The notes beneath the pieces are model-generated. The model saw nothing but the letters and a program-made list of their open reading frames with translations, had not been told where the DNA came from and did no database searches. Positions 34,333 through 46,082 of a DNA stretch of 64,000 nt are shown here, piece after piece (within the stretch, counting starts at the first letter, position 1; the number at the start of each line of letters is the position of its first letter). Both the position numbers and the translations under genes were made by a program. This DNA is from Camelus ferus (taxonomy: Eukaryota). The stretch covers positions 27,714,001 to 27,778,000 of the forward strand of contig NC_045697.1 of the NCBI RefSeq assembly GCF_009834535.1, read 5' to 3'.

Positions 34333-35795
34333 CTGGGGTGGAGAAGCAACAAATCTATGGAAAGTTTGCAAGGTTCTGGTATTAGGGATTATACGAGGCC
34401 TCAAAGCCACAAAAACCTCTCTGTGGTCGAATGCCTGCTGGCCTCAAACAAGCCTACGGGGTGTGGTGAGAGGCCGGCTTCTCCACGGCAGGTTTCTGAC
34501 CACACAGCAACAGAAAGGCCAAAGACCCTCTGTGGCAGGCTCCGAAGACTTCACAGCTACTCCTAGCTGGGTCAACACAGTTTTGAAAATCAAGCCTAAG
34601 GGAGTGTTTATAGCAAAATAACAAAACCAAAACAAACAAAACAGAAACTTCACCAGGGAACAGGGAGGCTCCCAGATTCTCCCCGATAGGGAAGTTAATT
34701 TGGGAGGAGGCAGTGAGGGGGGGTGGAACTGGTGGTTTCAGGGGACACCACCAGCGGTGCGTGGGAGATGAGGTGTGCGCCTCGGTTCTCTGAGATCTGA
34801 CGCTTGGAGTGGAGCTGTCAGTGGGCCCCCTACCTGCTGCCGACCTCTCCGTCCTCCCTGCCCTCCCTGCGTGCTCACCGCTGTCCCTCACTCCCAGCCT
34901 GCTGTTCCTCTCAGCAAGCCAGCGTATTCCCTCCTCAGAGCCTTCACACTCACTCTTGCCTCCTCAGAGTCATGGCCAACCTCCTCTCTCCTCCTGGCTG
35001 GACTCCCTGCTTCCTTATGCCGCCCATGTGTTCAGCTTCCAGAGGGGCCGCTGCCCCTCCTGCCTGAGCCCCTCCCCCAGACGCCCCTCCACATCTAGAC
35101 GGAGCTGTGTTTTGGGTCTTGTTTTCTCTTCTCACACTTCTTACAGAGAAAAGGCTGAGAGATTAGTCAAAGTTGGCAAATGCTAGCCCAGCAGAAGATG
35201 GACACACAGGAAAGGACCGTGGTTTCCTCAGCAGCAGAATAAGCTCCCAGGAAAGACCCACTTTTGTTGAGTTAAAGCTTTGTAAGCCAGTGGAGAGGAG
35301 GAGCCTCCCAGGGCTGTGGGCCGGCGGGCCCCGGGATTGAAACTCCACAGCCAAATGTCACTGCACAAACAAATGGAGGCCCCGGGGCTGCTTGAGGAAG
35401 GGGTTGAGAGGCAAACCCAGTGTGGGGAGGCCTCAAGGGGACAGACACCTTAAAGGGTTACTAACTACGTTGTTTACCATTTGATGTGCCATCAAACCAT
35501 CCTCTGCCCCCTCCCCTTACAGTCCTCAGTGAAATCTCAACTGTTTGCTTACGTGGCACCTGCCTCGAGGCTGCCACAGCAGGAACCACGCCCAGTGACA
35601 CAGGTCACCTGGATCAGCTGGGGAAGGAAATTCCTTGTCTTCATTTTTACCGTGGACAGAGTCCTGAAAAAGAAACATGTAAACCCTTGAGGTGTGTGGC
35701 CTTTTGGGAGCATATTACAGATAAATGAAAAAGAATCAACAAATTAAACAGACCAAATGGCATCAGGGCAGAGTGAACAAGGTTCACTCACCCTC

Positions 35796-36137
35796 CACGT
35801 TTGTTTGCTGGGGCTGCTGTAATGGACCGCAGACTGCATGGCTTCAGTGACAGGAATTTATTTTCTTAAAATTCTGGAGCCACAAGTCTGAGATCAAGGT
35901 GTTATCAGAGTTGCTTTTTTCTGGGGCCTCTCTCCTTGCCTTGTAGATGGCCATCTCTCGCCTCACCTCTAGGTAGCTTTCTTCCCTGTGTCTGTGTTCT
36001 AATAAGGACAACAGTCAGTGAATGAGGGCCACTCAAATGACTTCTTTTAATTGAATTCCCTCTGTAAAGACCATATCTCCAAATACAGTCACATTTTCAG
36101 CATCTGAATTTTGGGGGACACAATTCAGCCCATAGCA
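35796..36137 (-). mobile_element. MLT1B-like MaLR solo LTR with 5-bp TSD
   Basis: Ends ttttgggggacacaattcagcccatagca; CCCTC at 35791-35795 and 36138-36142. Confidence 0.9.
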
Positions 36138-37124
36138 CCCTCCGTGCAGAACAGCTTCCTTCCGCCCATGTTGCTGGAGAAAGCAGTTATTCTCCATGTC
36201 GAACACTGCATTTGTGCCTTTTCTTCTGTCCTTTCCAGAGATTTCCCCCCACGTAATCCCCTCTTTCTAGAAATAAAAGCTCATCCTTCTAAATCTCCTC
36301 TGAGCATGCAGGACCATCTTTTCAGAAACAGACCTTCTGAGAAATACATGCCTCCAATACATGCCACAGGCTGCTGTGTTGTGTTTTGTTTTGATTTGAT
36401 TTAGTCCTCTAGAGAAAAGCCAGAAAGCCTGGAATGTGTCCATCTTGGACACAAGTGCTGTTGTGCCTGTCCTTCTCCAGACAGCCTAATCCTCTGCCCC
36501 ATCCTGTCAGCAGGGGCTTGGGGACTCATCTGAGAACAGCCTGGAGGGGGTAGAATGCAAGCCCGGGATTCCAGCACATGGTGCAAGAGGGATGAAGACG
36601 AGATGGCAATCCACAGGGTCATGGGGAGCAGCCCCAGGCAAGAGAAATCGCAGGTGAGGCAGTTCTTGATGGATGCCCACTGAGAGCCCAGAACTGAGAA
36701 GACAGTGGAAGCAGCTTATGAAGGAAGGGTTCACGTCATGCCTTCTAGAACACCACCTGGGTTGTGAGGCTTTCCCTTATTCCCGCCTCATCCCCACCCG
36801 TCCCTTACAAGAAACCTACACTCTAACCATCAGTAGTTACCATTCCCCCATTCATTGTGCTTTCCTGATTCCTTTCTCCTCAGCTAAAATCCTTCCCTCT
36901 GCCTGGAATAGTCTCCCCACCCCAGCTTCAACCTACTGAAAGTCTATCCATTCATGAAGATCAAGTTCCAACGTGGCAAGAGGCCTTGATTGATCATCCT
37001 CATCTCTGAACTCTGGAAGCATTTCATTAATTTCTCCTTCCCCTAAGGATTTGCCTAGAAGCGGAAGAGGCCACCTGCTATGGGGGAAATACATGGGCTT
37101 TGGTTTGGTGGTGATAATATTTCT

Positions 37125-37315
37125 TGAGTGTTTACTACGTGTCCAGCACATCTCAGTGCATTTCTCATTTAATCTTCACAACTCCCACAGATGGATATTA
37201 TTATTAGTCCCATTTTGCAGAGGAGGAAATGGCGGCTCAATTTGTCATGCAACAAGCCAGTGGATAGCAGGACTCAAGCACAGACTTGCTGACTCCAGAG
37301 CCCATGCTCTTAGCC
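37125..37315 (-). mobile_element. MIR SINE (left arm of inverted pair)
   Basis: catttaatcttcacaac...cccattttgcagaggaggaaa...gactccagagcccatgctctt. Confidence 0.8.
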
Positions 37316-37490
37316 TGGGTCCTGAGATCAATTACAACACCTACTGGCTTTGTGACTTTGCACAACTCAGCCTCTCTGAACCTCACTTTTCGCACCTGTA
37401 AAATGGACTAATAATAATAATACCTCATTGGGATTACCATGAGGACTAAGTAAGATCACATGTCTAAAGCATCTTGATAGTGTCAGTTCT
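37316..37490 (+). mobile_element. MIR SINE (right arm of inverted pair)
   Basis: gtgactttgcacaactcagcctctctgaacctcacttttcgcacctgtaaaatgg. Confidence 0.8.
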
Positions 37491-37864
37491 CTGAAGAGAG
37501 TGGTTTCTTGGTAATTCATGGTGCATATAACTGGTGGTCTCTCTAAAACGTAAGCTTCCATAGAGTTGGAAGAGAGTCTCATTTGCCTACTGTTTTGCTC
37601 AGCCTCTGGCACAGTGACTGGTGCATGAAATATATCAACTGAACACGTTATTTATTTTCTTCCCTTATAAGCTTTAAAAAACAGAATCTGCATGGGGCAG
37701 ATTATAGACCCTACTGCGTGGTGCTGGAGCATGGGCCGTGACATCTTTTCTACCCCTAAATTTCTAATCTAGAAACTGTACATGGGGAATTTTCTCTCTT
37801 CCAATTACTTGCTAAATTCCTTGCAATAATGTCACTATTTTGTCTAGCCTAGATCTAGAGTCAG

Positions 37865-37962
37865 ATAGGGTGACTAACCATTTTGGTTTGCCTGGGTGCC
37901 TCCCAGTTTCAGCACTGGGAAACCTGTGGCTCCTGGGCATACGGGACAATTGGTCACCACAG
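37865..37962. mobile_element. MER81 hAT-Blackjack element
   Basis: Terminal inverted repeats tagggtgactaacc ... caattggtcacca. Confidence 0.75.
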
Positions 37963-38316
37963 AGTCAAGCAACAAGATTCATGAGAATAATAATGATCAT
38001 TTACTGAACTCCTACTACATATCAGGCATAACGCAAGTGCTTTACGCTTGTAGTCTCGCCAAATCCTGCCTGCAATTCTGGAAGCAAATGGTTCTGCAGA
38101 AACAGATGTAATCATTCACAGCACAGACCTTAAAGAAATTCTTTGGAAAGGACTAAACCTCAGATAGAATCTAAGCAGTTTTCCATGGGTTCCTCTCACA
38201 TGTGGCTTTTGGAGGGGCACAGGTGTTCACGTTTGCTTTCTCCGGAAGTAGCAGAAGGAGGAGCCAAGTTTCCTGTTGATTACATTTAATCTCACTCAAC
38301 TACAAGTTCACTTTCG

Positions 38317-39187
38317 TACAGCTTGGAAGTGAAGGCTTTGCATGGTAGCACGGGACCATAAAAATGACTGTGCAAGATGAAACTGTGCTGAGCAACCTTA
38401 ATAATCAATGGGAAATTGTGTTGGTTTTTTGATATTTAAAATTTTTGTTAAAACCTTAAAAACATTTAGTGTCAACTATAAATGTATAGGGAAAAACAAT
38501 AATTAAACTAATATTTGTTTTAGTCGATGGTGTGAACGGGGCTTGTCTCCTTATCATGTAACTTATGATTTGGAGCAAGCGTTTTTTTCCGCACGCCTTG
38601 GCAAATTGTCGTACTCCTTTCTAAGTGTGGATCATCTTCCAACATTTCTTCCTTTGCATTTTCAATCTTACAAAAGACATCTGAGAATTCCTTGAACGTG
38701 GGGGGTTTTGCTAGCATCACTTCTCAGGAATCTTCAGTCATCTTTTTGATCACAACCACTTTCCTCATTTATGCCAATAAATTCACCTTCACTGAGTTTC
38801 TCTGGCTGCCTGTCTAACCTCTCACCTTCAGCTATTCTGTTTATGTGCAATTCAAATTCACTTCCAGTATTATTTTTGTTATTGTGTTCTTACTTCACTT
38901 TCATTTGTGTTGGCCAATTCCTTCTTCTGACTATCCATTTTTGAGAACTGTCATATGAGTTTATCACTGGGAGACAAGGAAGCAACATGACTACAGACTT
39001 TGCTGTCTGTGTGTGAACTTCATAACAGATGCCCATGACCAATCACCACAGACTTTGAAAGAAGTGATGTGATTATTCATGATCGTCCTGCACATGTTAC
39101 TTATGTAGGGGTTTGTAGACTAAAGGGCTAGCACAAAGTTTTGCCCACAGTCAATGCAGAATGTAACTGAAATTTAAACCGCGCTGA
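38317..39187 (-). mobile_element. Tigger-family DNA transposon (closest from memory: Tigger6a)
   Basis: gctttgcatggtagcacgggaccataaaaatgactgtgcaag terminal region, transposase-like coding remnant, tgaccaatcac internal motif. Confidence 0.8.
38520..38720 (-). pseudogene. Tigger transposase C-terminal remnant
   Basis: ORF FKEFSDVFCKIENAKEEMLEDDPHLERSTTICQGVRK resembles the pogo/Tigger transposase C-terminus. Confidence 0.75.
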
Positions 39188-39318
39188 GGGGAGGTGGGTT
39201 TAGCTCAGTGGTAGAGTGTATGCTTAGTGTGCACGAGGTCCTGGGTTCAATCCCCAGTCCTGCCATTAAAAAAATAAATTAATATAATAAATAAACTAAA
39301 TTAACTCCCATCCCCCCA
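39188..39318 (+). mobile_element. Vic-1-type camelid tRNA-derived SINE
   Basis: A box TAGCTCAGTGG 39201-39211, B box GGGTTCAATCC 39243-39253, then cattaaaaaaataaat...aaattaactcccatcccccc tail. Confidence 0.9.
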
Positions 39319-39797
39319 GTGTTTTACATCATTACCCCTTCATTCCCTATACAAGCTGGGCATCTGTGATTCTGTACTTTAGTGCTATTTGTGATCCATG
39401 ATATTGTCACCAAAGCAGCATCTAAATGAATAGGTCTATGGACTTACCCTGGAGTTCTGGAAAGCAAATCTCCTTTGACATGTAAATTTTAAAAGGAGAA
39501 ATACCTCCACAGATATCCCAGATTATTCCCTAAAGTTCTCTTGATGGCTCTGAAGAAACCTGCAACAATACTTCCAAATTATCAGAGAAGAAATGACAAT
39601 AAAAAGTTATTTCTCAGCTTTTCTTTTTGGTGGTGGCCATGAGAGACGGGCAGGTTCCCCTGACCTGCCTGAGCAGATGGAGTTTCATACCTGGGAGCCT
39701 GGATGAACGATGAATTCAGACCCTCTCTAAATGTGGATTTGAAGGAGAAGTCTCCAGGAATCAGGCTTGAGGAGGCAGGACCAGATCTCTCCTAAAC

Positions 39798-39973
39798 CAC
39801 CGGTCCTCAAACGTGGCTGCACATTGACATTACCTGGTCATCTTTTAAACTCCTGATGCCTCCACCCACCCCCAGAAATTCTGATTTCATTGGCCCTGAC
39901 TGAAGCCTGGATATTAAGACTATTTTTAAGTTTCCTGGTGAGTCTAATATGTAGCGAAGTTTGAGAACAACTG
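39798..39973. mobile_element. MER5A1-type hAT-Charlie element
   Basis: ggtcctcaaacgtggctgcacattgacattacctgg...cccccagaaattctgatttcattgg...gtttgagaacaactg. Confidence 0.85.
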
Positions 39974-40183
39974 ACCTATGCAATCTAATAAGAAAAGGTT
40001 GTCACAGATATTAATGGTATCAATTATTAGTACTTGGAATGTGTTTTACTGGATGAAGTTATAGCTGTGAACGGTAAGGGCTAACACATGAATCACTTAA
40101 ATCAATACGAAAGGTGTTTTTTAATCAAAGAGTATATGCTGAAAAATCAATTGTATGCAATTTATTTAAAAGCAAATACAAGA

Positions 40184-40186
<3 letters not shown>

Positions 40187-40223
<37 letters not shown>

Positions 40224-40228
40224 TGTGT
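40187..40228. repeat. (GT)n microsatellite
   Basis: Read directly. Confidence 0.95.
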
Positions 40229-40949
40229 CTGTACATGCAAACTCAGTGTCCTGAGATTGAGTTGATAGTCATGGGGACATTAAGTTCATCTGTGAGAGAA
40301 TATATTGATGTGTTACTTTGTAATTAAGAATAAAATACATTTTAAAATTTATTCTCTGAGAGGTTTGGGCTTTTTTGAGGGGGTTGTTTATTTATTTGTT
40401 TGTTCCTAAGAAAGGTGTTTTACTCTTTTGAGCTACAACTTCTGGGTGAAGAAAGGATGCTTCACTCAGTGTAGGTAGAGTCACTAGACAGTTGGAGATA
40501 ACAAGGGAAAAAGGAAATAAACAAAGAGTAACTTAATTTTATCCCAGACTTTGGCATAGGTACAAAAAAAAAAAAGTCATTTTTTCTCCCAGAAGAAAGG
40601 GCACTATTTGTATCTTTAGAGACTGTCTTGTTCTGCATCATTTCCCATCTGTGTGGGAGAGACACAAGCTGATTTTTATCCCCAACCATCATGGAGATTT
40701 CATTTAAATTGAGGCACTAGTCAAGTGACTAAATAAAGTGCAGGAAAACCTCCTGAGGTTGCAGAAGTGAGCAAAAATATGGCAAAGAGGCTTTATTGTA
40801 TACATAAGTAAAATCATAAATTATTAGGAAATTATCTAAAATGTTTGCACAGAATGGCTGGCCCAGAGTGTCAGTCATTGCCAAGAAAAAGCACCTTGAA
40901 GACATTGTCGACTACAGAACTGGAGGTGGCTCAAAAGGACACACGAAAA

Positions 40950-41165
40950 ATAATAATAACGAATGTCAGTTATTGAGTGGATATAACCTAGTTACTGTTC
41001 TAAGCACTTCCTGCTTCAGTGATCTCGTTGTGCCCTTATAAAGCAATATATTATGATCAGCCTGATTTTACAGATGAAGATGAGATTAAGTAACTCACCC
41101 AAGGTGATACCACTAAGAGGCAGTGCGGTTCCCGATAAGGCCCTCAGCCACCATGCCACACCGCC
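40950..41165 (-). mobile_element. MIR SINE
   Basis: attttacagatgaagatgagattaagtaactcacccaaggtgatacc. Confidence 0.7.
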
Positions 41166-43839
41166 CCGGGCAGCAGTAGGGGCAGTGTTTCCCAAAGCGG
41201 GCACCGCCGAACACCCGGCAAGATGCCGGCAACGATGGCAAAAACAACTCCACAGTCAGATTTACAGAGCAAAACTTTCTTTACTAACAGCATGTCTTTA
41301 ATATGTTAAAAAGAATCTGCAGGTGAGGGAGATCACGTGATTTGACTGTAGCGTTCTGTTTTCACAGATCGTATGGTGGAGCACACTATGGAAAATGCTG
41401 TGTAAAGAGATCGAAGGGTTTCCTTTTGGAGAAAATGAGTTACACCTTTGGTGGAGGGGTAATGATTGAGGGGATCTGGTGACCACAGACCTATATACCT
41501 GCTCCTAAAGGACTCAGCTGGAGGGAGGAACAAGGTGGGGTCTGGCTAGTGTGAGGGGCTGGAAAGGAAGACGGCACAGAAGTGGAGACTAGGGAGGAAG
41601 GGAAACTAGCAGCACCAAAGCAGCAGCTGAGGGCGACAGCCAGGAGGAGCATCAGTGAGCTGTATACGCGGCGCAAGGGATGAAACAAGGATTCAGGGAA
41701 GAATCGAGTTTCTAGGACAAGGACTAGAGTTGGGGTGCAGGTGTCAGGAGCATGTTAGAGGACTCAGATCAGGGGCTGCTGCTGAGGGCTTCAACCTGTT
41801 GCCTGGGCTTAGGTCCCATCAGCCAGGAAACAGGTCACTTCTCAGATCTCCCCCTTTTACCTGCACCAGGGTTCACTCCCCTCTCGCAGAAGAACCCCCC
41901 AGGAGCACCCTGAGGCCATGGGCAATTCTAAGATGTGCCCCTATCTGGCTCCACCAAGCCTGACCCTGAAGAGCCCTGGGGCAGCCTTGAATCTGGGTTC
42001 CCCTCATCCCAGACCCGAGCGATGTCCCGCATCTTCTGAAAGCGTGTGCACACGGCACCCGTGCCTCGTCCTTTCCCCCATCTGTCAGCAAATACTTGTA
42101 CTCACCCTTGGAAGTCAAGGCTGAAAAATCTGAATCGGTTACACCTGGCTTACTGGCACTGTTTACTGGTGTACACAGCAGATCTGATTTACGATAAGTT
42201 ATGTCAAACACGTCAATTTGGTGCTTTGAAGTGCGGTGAGGGTAAGGGGGTGAAGGCTGTATGGGGTGTGGAGAAGATGGGAGAATTTTGTCTGTTTTTC
42301 ACCTGAGGAATAATTCAATTCCCAGTTTGATTCCAGAGAAACCATAAAATCAAGCCAGATAAAAATGATACAAACCAGCAATGAGAAGAACCCAAGCGTT
42401 TTGGTTTTTTTCTTTTCCAGGAGAATCTCGTTAGCGTTTTGCAAATGAACACAAATTTCCAAGAAAGGAAAAATGGGCCTTCCTTGCAGGCCCTCCCTCT
42501 TCCCCATACCCTCTTCCTCTTCTCTCTCCTTCCCCTTTTCTTTTCTCATCAGCCCCTGAGTTGCCAGCGACTATAGGAAAAGAGGAAAAGACGGAAGCTA
42601 AATCAGCACTCTAGTCCACCCCTTATAAAGTACAACAAAATCCTTTTTAAAAGGATGGCTTCATGTGAATGTATGCACACCCAGCCCTCTGCTTCAACCA
42701 GGCTCTAACTTCTGATAAAGGCAGAGTTTTCAGAGCTCATGGGATAGCCCAAGTCAGGAGATTTAAAAACCCTGACAACCACCAGTCTTGTTTCATGTCA
42801 TGATTGCACCACTGGTTACCCTGATGTTGAATCAGCATTCTGCAGACCACATAAAGGTCAGGTCTCTCTTCACAAAGTGAAAGTGCTGAATTATATTGAA
42901 ACTGTAGAAAAACACAAACCAACCTTGACTCGAGTGTCTAAGTGTCAGCTCTGAAAGTTTTGTTTTTATCTGAAATTACAGTAAATTCATCTCAGAATGG
43001 TCGAGGAATGTGGTCTTCTGAGTAACTGACTTGCCCACTTAATTGCAAGTTACCGCGTTTACGACCAGGCCCTCCCTCCTTTCCCAGGCCTTTGCCTACC
43101 CTGGGCTACTTCTCCTATTGGCGCCATCAACTTGCAGGCCCAGGCACGCCTCTGTTTCTGGCTGGGGCAGGAAGTCAGTGGCCTCGGATATACCACGGGA
43201 CTTCATGAACCAGAGCTGCCCCCTGGGTGTCCTGGGGCCCCGTGGAACACTGCTGCCCACCTGATGCTGGGGGAGGAGGGTCAGGCAGGTCTGTGTTCAG
43301 ATTTGGCCTCGGCCTCGGCCACACCCTGGCTGCTAGTTTCCGGGCTGACTCCCCGTTGCTGAACTGCGCTCACTGTTGCCCATTAGTGCTGACATGGGTC
43401 TAGACTTGGCCGGAGCCTGCACTGTCCTTGGACCCACTGTGCCTGGGCCATCCCACCTCCTTTCCCAGCCTGGCTTCTGCAGCTGGAGCAGCACCCCAGG
43501 TCACGCCCTCTGCCCAGAGGAGCTCCACATCTCATCTCACCTCCCTCCCAATCAGTGTCCCCACCCCAGGCTGGAGCCTCCCACCCTTGTGCCTGGACCT
43601 GCTTTCTACGATGTCACATGCCCTCTATGGGTTTCTAACTTTCAAAGACTGAAAAACATTCTTATAACTTAAATATATTGAGTCTAATCATCTTCCTGAT
43701 CGTTTCCAAAGCACCTCGAGAACTTAGCAGTGCCTTAGCATTTCTTCCAGACTACCAGGGCTTTTGGAGGGTGGAAAGATCCAGGAGTAGAATTAGGAGA
43801 GTGATCTAGATGGTACAGATCCCAAGACCCCCATGAAAA

Positions 43840-43985
43840 CTAAGTGACTTCAAGCAAATTGCTTAACTTCTCTAAGCCTCAGTTTTCTTATCTGACAAGA
43901 GGACAATTATATGTAACTCATGAGGTTTCTGGGAGGGCTAAAGATCGTGGGTATAAAGGGCTTGCTTAATTAAAACATTCTTAAT
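43840..43985 (+). mobile_element. MIR SINE fragment
   Basis: caagcaaattgcttaacttctctaagcctcagttttcttatctg. Confidence 0.75.
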
Positions 43986-44049
43986 ATTGGCTTGAGATTT
44001 CCATTTCCATAAAAGTAGGAATTTGGATTGATTTAGCGGTTCACATCCT

Positions 44050-44200
44050 AAGGGGGAATAAAACCATTACCTAATTGTCATTTCACTGTAATGTTCTGTT
44101 CCCTCTCTGGCTCCCCCAGTAGACAGTTAGCTTCTCAAGGCCAGGCCAGGTATCATGTCTGGTTCTCCTGTCTCTGTGCCAGCACTGCACCTGTCAGAGA
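44050..44200 (+). mobile_element. L2 3' end
   Basis: gttagcttctcaaggccaggccaggtatcatgtctggttctcctgtctctgtgccagcac. Confidence 0.55.
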
Positions 44201-44659
44201 GTGTCTGTTAAATACATGACTCCGTCAGCTACGTCACTCTCCCAGCCAAGCCTGGGGATCATGTCTCTAACGTACACTCCTGGGTACCTCTGACGGAGGA
44301 ATTGTGCCAACCTGGCAGGAGCTACAATGAGTGGGGATATTTGCTCCCCTCCCCTACTTCCTACTGCCAGTACCAATAAGACAGGGTGAGAATGTCTGGT
44401 AAATGTGGGCAAGGTCAATAAAACCCAAGCAGCTTCCTAATGCCTCCTGTTGCTGCTCCCACAATTATGCTGTGAGCTGGGCCAAAGGCCTACACCAAGC
44501 AGTAGGTCCAGCTGAGTGGCAGAGACCCCTGTTTCCCACTACACAAATCTCTACCACTTGGACCTCCCTCATTAAGGCACTGTGTTTCCACGAGGCCCGA
44601 TTAAGTGCAGTGCTGCTTCTAAAAGACAGCTGGGGGATGATGAGGTCTTCATTCCTTCC

Positions 44660-45000
44660 TTCACTGGCTCATTCATTCTACAAACTTTAACTGAACACCT
44701 ACTATGTCCCACTGACTGTACCATATGCTGAAGAGGCACAGTCCAGGCCCTCAGAGAACTCTGGGACTCCTGAGGGAAACAAACAAGGAAACCAACAATG
44801 ACGCTGAAGTGGGACGAGAGCTAGAACAGCAGAGGCACTGGCTGGGAGGACACATGGGACATGTGGCAGGACTAGGTAGAGTGTGGGATTTTGGAGGGCG
44901 ACGTGAAGAGAGCTTTGGGCAGGTGGAATTTAACGCCTTGAAGGATGAGTAGGCATTAGGGCATTGGGCAGGTACCTCAAGAAAGTGTGGAGAGCGAGGG
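44660..45000 (-). mobile_element. L2 fragment
   Basis: cattcattctacaaactttaactgaacacctactatgtccc...gccctcagagaactc. Confidence 0.65.
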
Positions 45001-45159
45001 GAGATGATTCAGTAGGACATGGGGATGGAAACAACAGCACGACCAAGAAAGAATGAAGGGTCAGGAGATGGCAAATGGGGATCTGGTGAGGAAGAACCCA
45101 GAGATGTGAGTTCCAAGCTCCCAGGAATGGGGAAAGAAATGTCCTTTGGTGTAGACTTA

Positions 45160-45300
45160 GGGTACTGGAAAGATAGATGATGTGAAACCTTTATCCAGCT
45201 CTGGCTTTACACACAAGGAAGCTGAAGTCTGGAGATGAGAAATCATTAAGGTCACAGAGCAAGTGATCGGCATAATTGGACCTGGAACTTGGCCTCTGGA
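45160..45300 (-). mobile_element. MIR fragment
   Basis: ggaagctgaagtctggagatgagaaatcattaaggtcacagagcaagtg. Confidence 0.55.
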
Positions 45301-46063
45301 CCTACAGGAGTGAGAAGAAATGAGCTCCAGGCCCCTCTCTGTTGGAGTCTACTTTCCCAACCTCCTTCCTCCAAAGAGCTGCCTTCTAGCTTAGTCAAAC
45401 TTAGTGAATAGAACCACTGACTGCTGGAGGTGGTGGCGAAGGTTCAGAGAGACCCTTGATCAGAGAACTGGAGGACCGCCCAGCCGCCCTCACAAAGCTT
45501 ACTAGAAGGTCCTTTATAGACCTTGAAAGCTCAAGGCCTAGATGATGTCTCTCTCAAATGGTATCCTTGAGTTTATGAGTGTCATGTCTCCACCTTACAT
45601 CTTTTTCCTTTGAGATTCATTCTTTCCTCTAGTATCACTTTTACTACCCAAGGGGATATTCCTGCTGATGGGTATGCACCCCAGAGAGGTGGAAATCTAG
45701 GAAGCATGCACTCTGACGAATTTTTCAGCTCCTTTGTCTTACTTTTTTTAAAGAAGTTAGACCCGTCTTTCCAATTACTATAATGAATCAGGCACAAGAG
45801 AAAGTAAATTATTGTGAAAATTCATAAACGTTGTGGTTGAATGAAAAGCCATTTTAAATGAAAATACTTCTCACAAAACAGAGAATGCGTATCTCTCAGG
45901 CATCGCTTCTCTTTTCTCCTGTGAACACACAATATGTAAAAAACAGCCCAATCGCTCATAAAGATATCTGTGGTATACACTGCAACTTCCTTTTAAAATA
46001 TTTTTTCTTGTTTGAAATGAGGACTTTGGAAATCTTCATTTCCTGGGTTCAACAAATTGTGAA

Positions 46064-46082
46064 GATAGATAGATAGATAGAT
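46064..46082. repeat. (AGAT)n microsatellite
   Basis: Read directly. Confidence 0.85.

Noticed and set aside
39188-39262. tRNA-like sequence with A and B boxes
   Set aside because: No acceptor stem or clean cloverleaf; continues into the Vic-1 A-rich tail, so it is a SINE, not a tRNA gene
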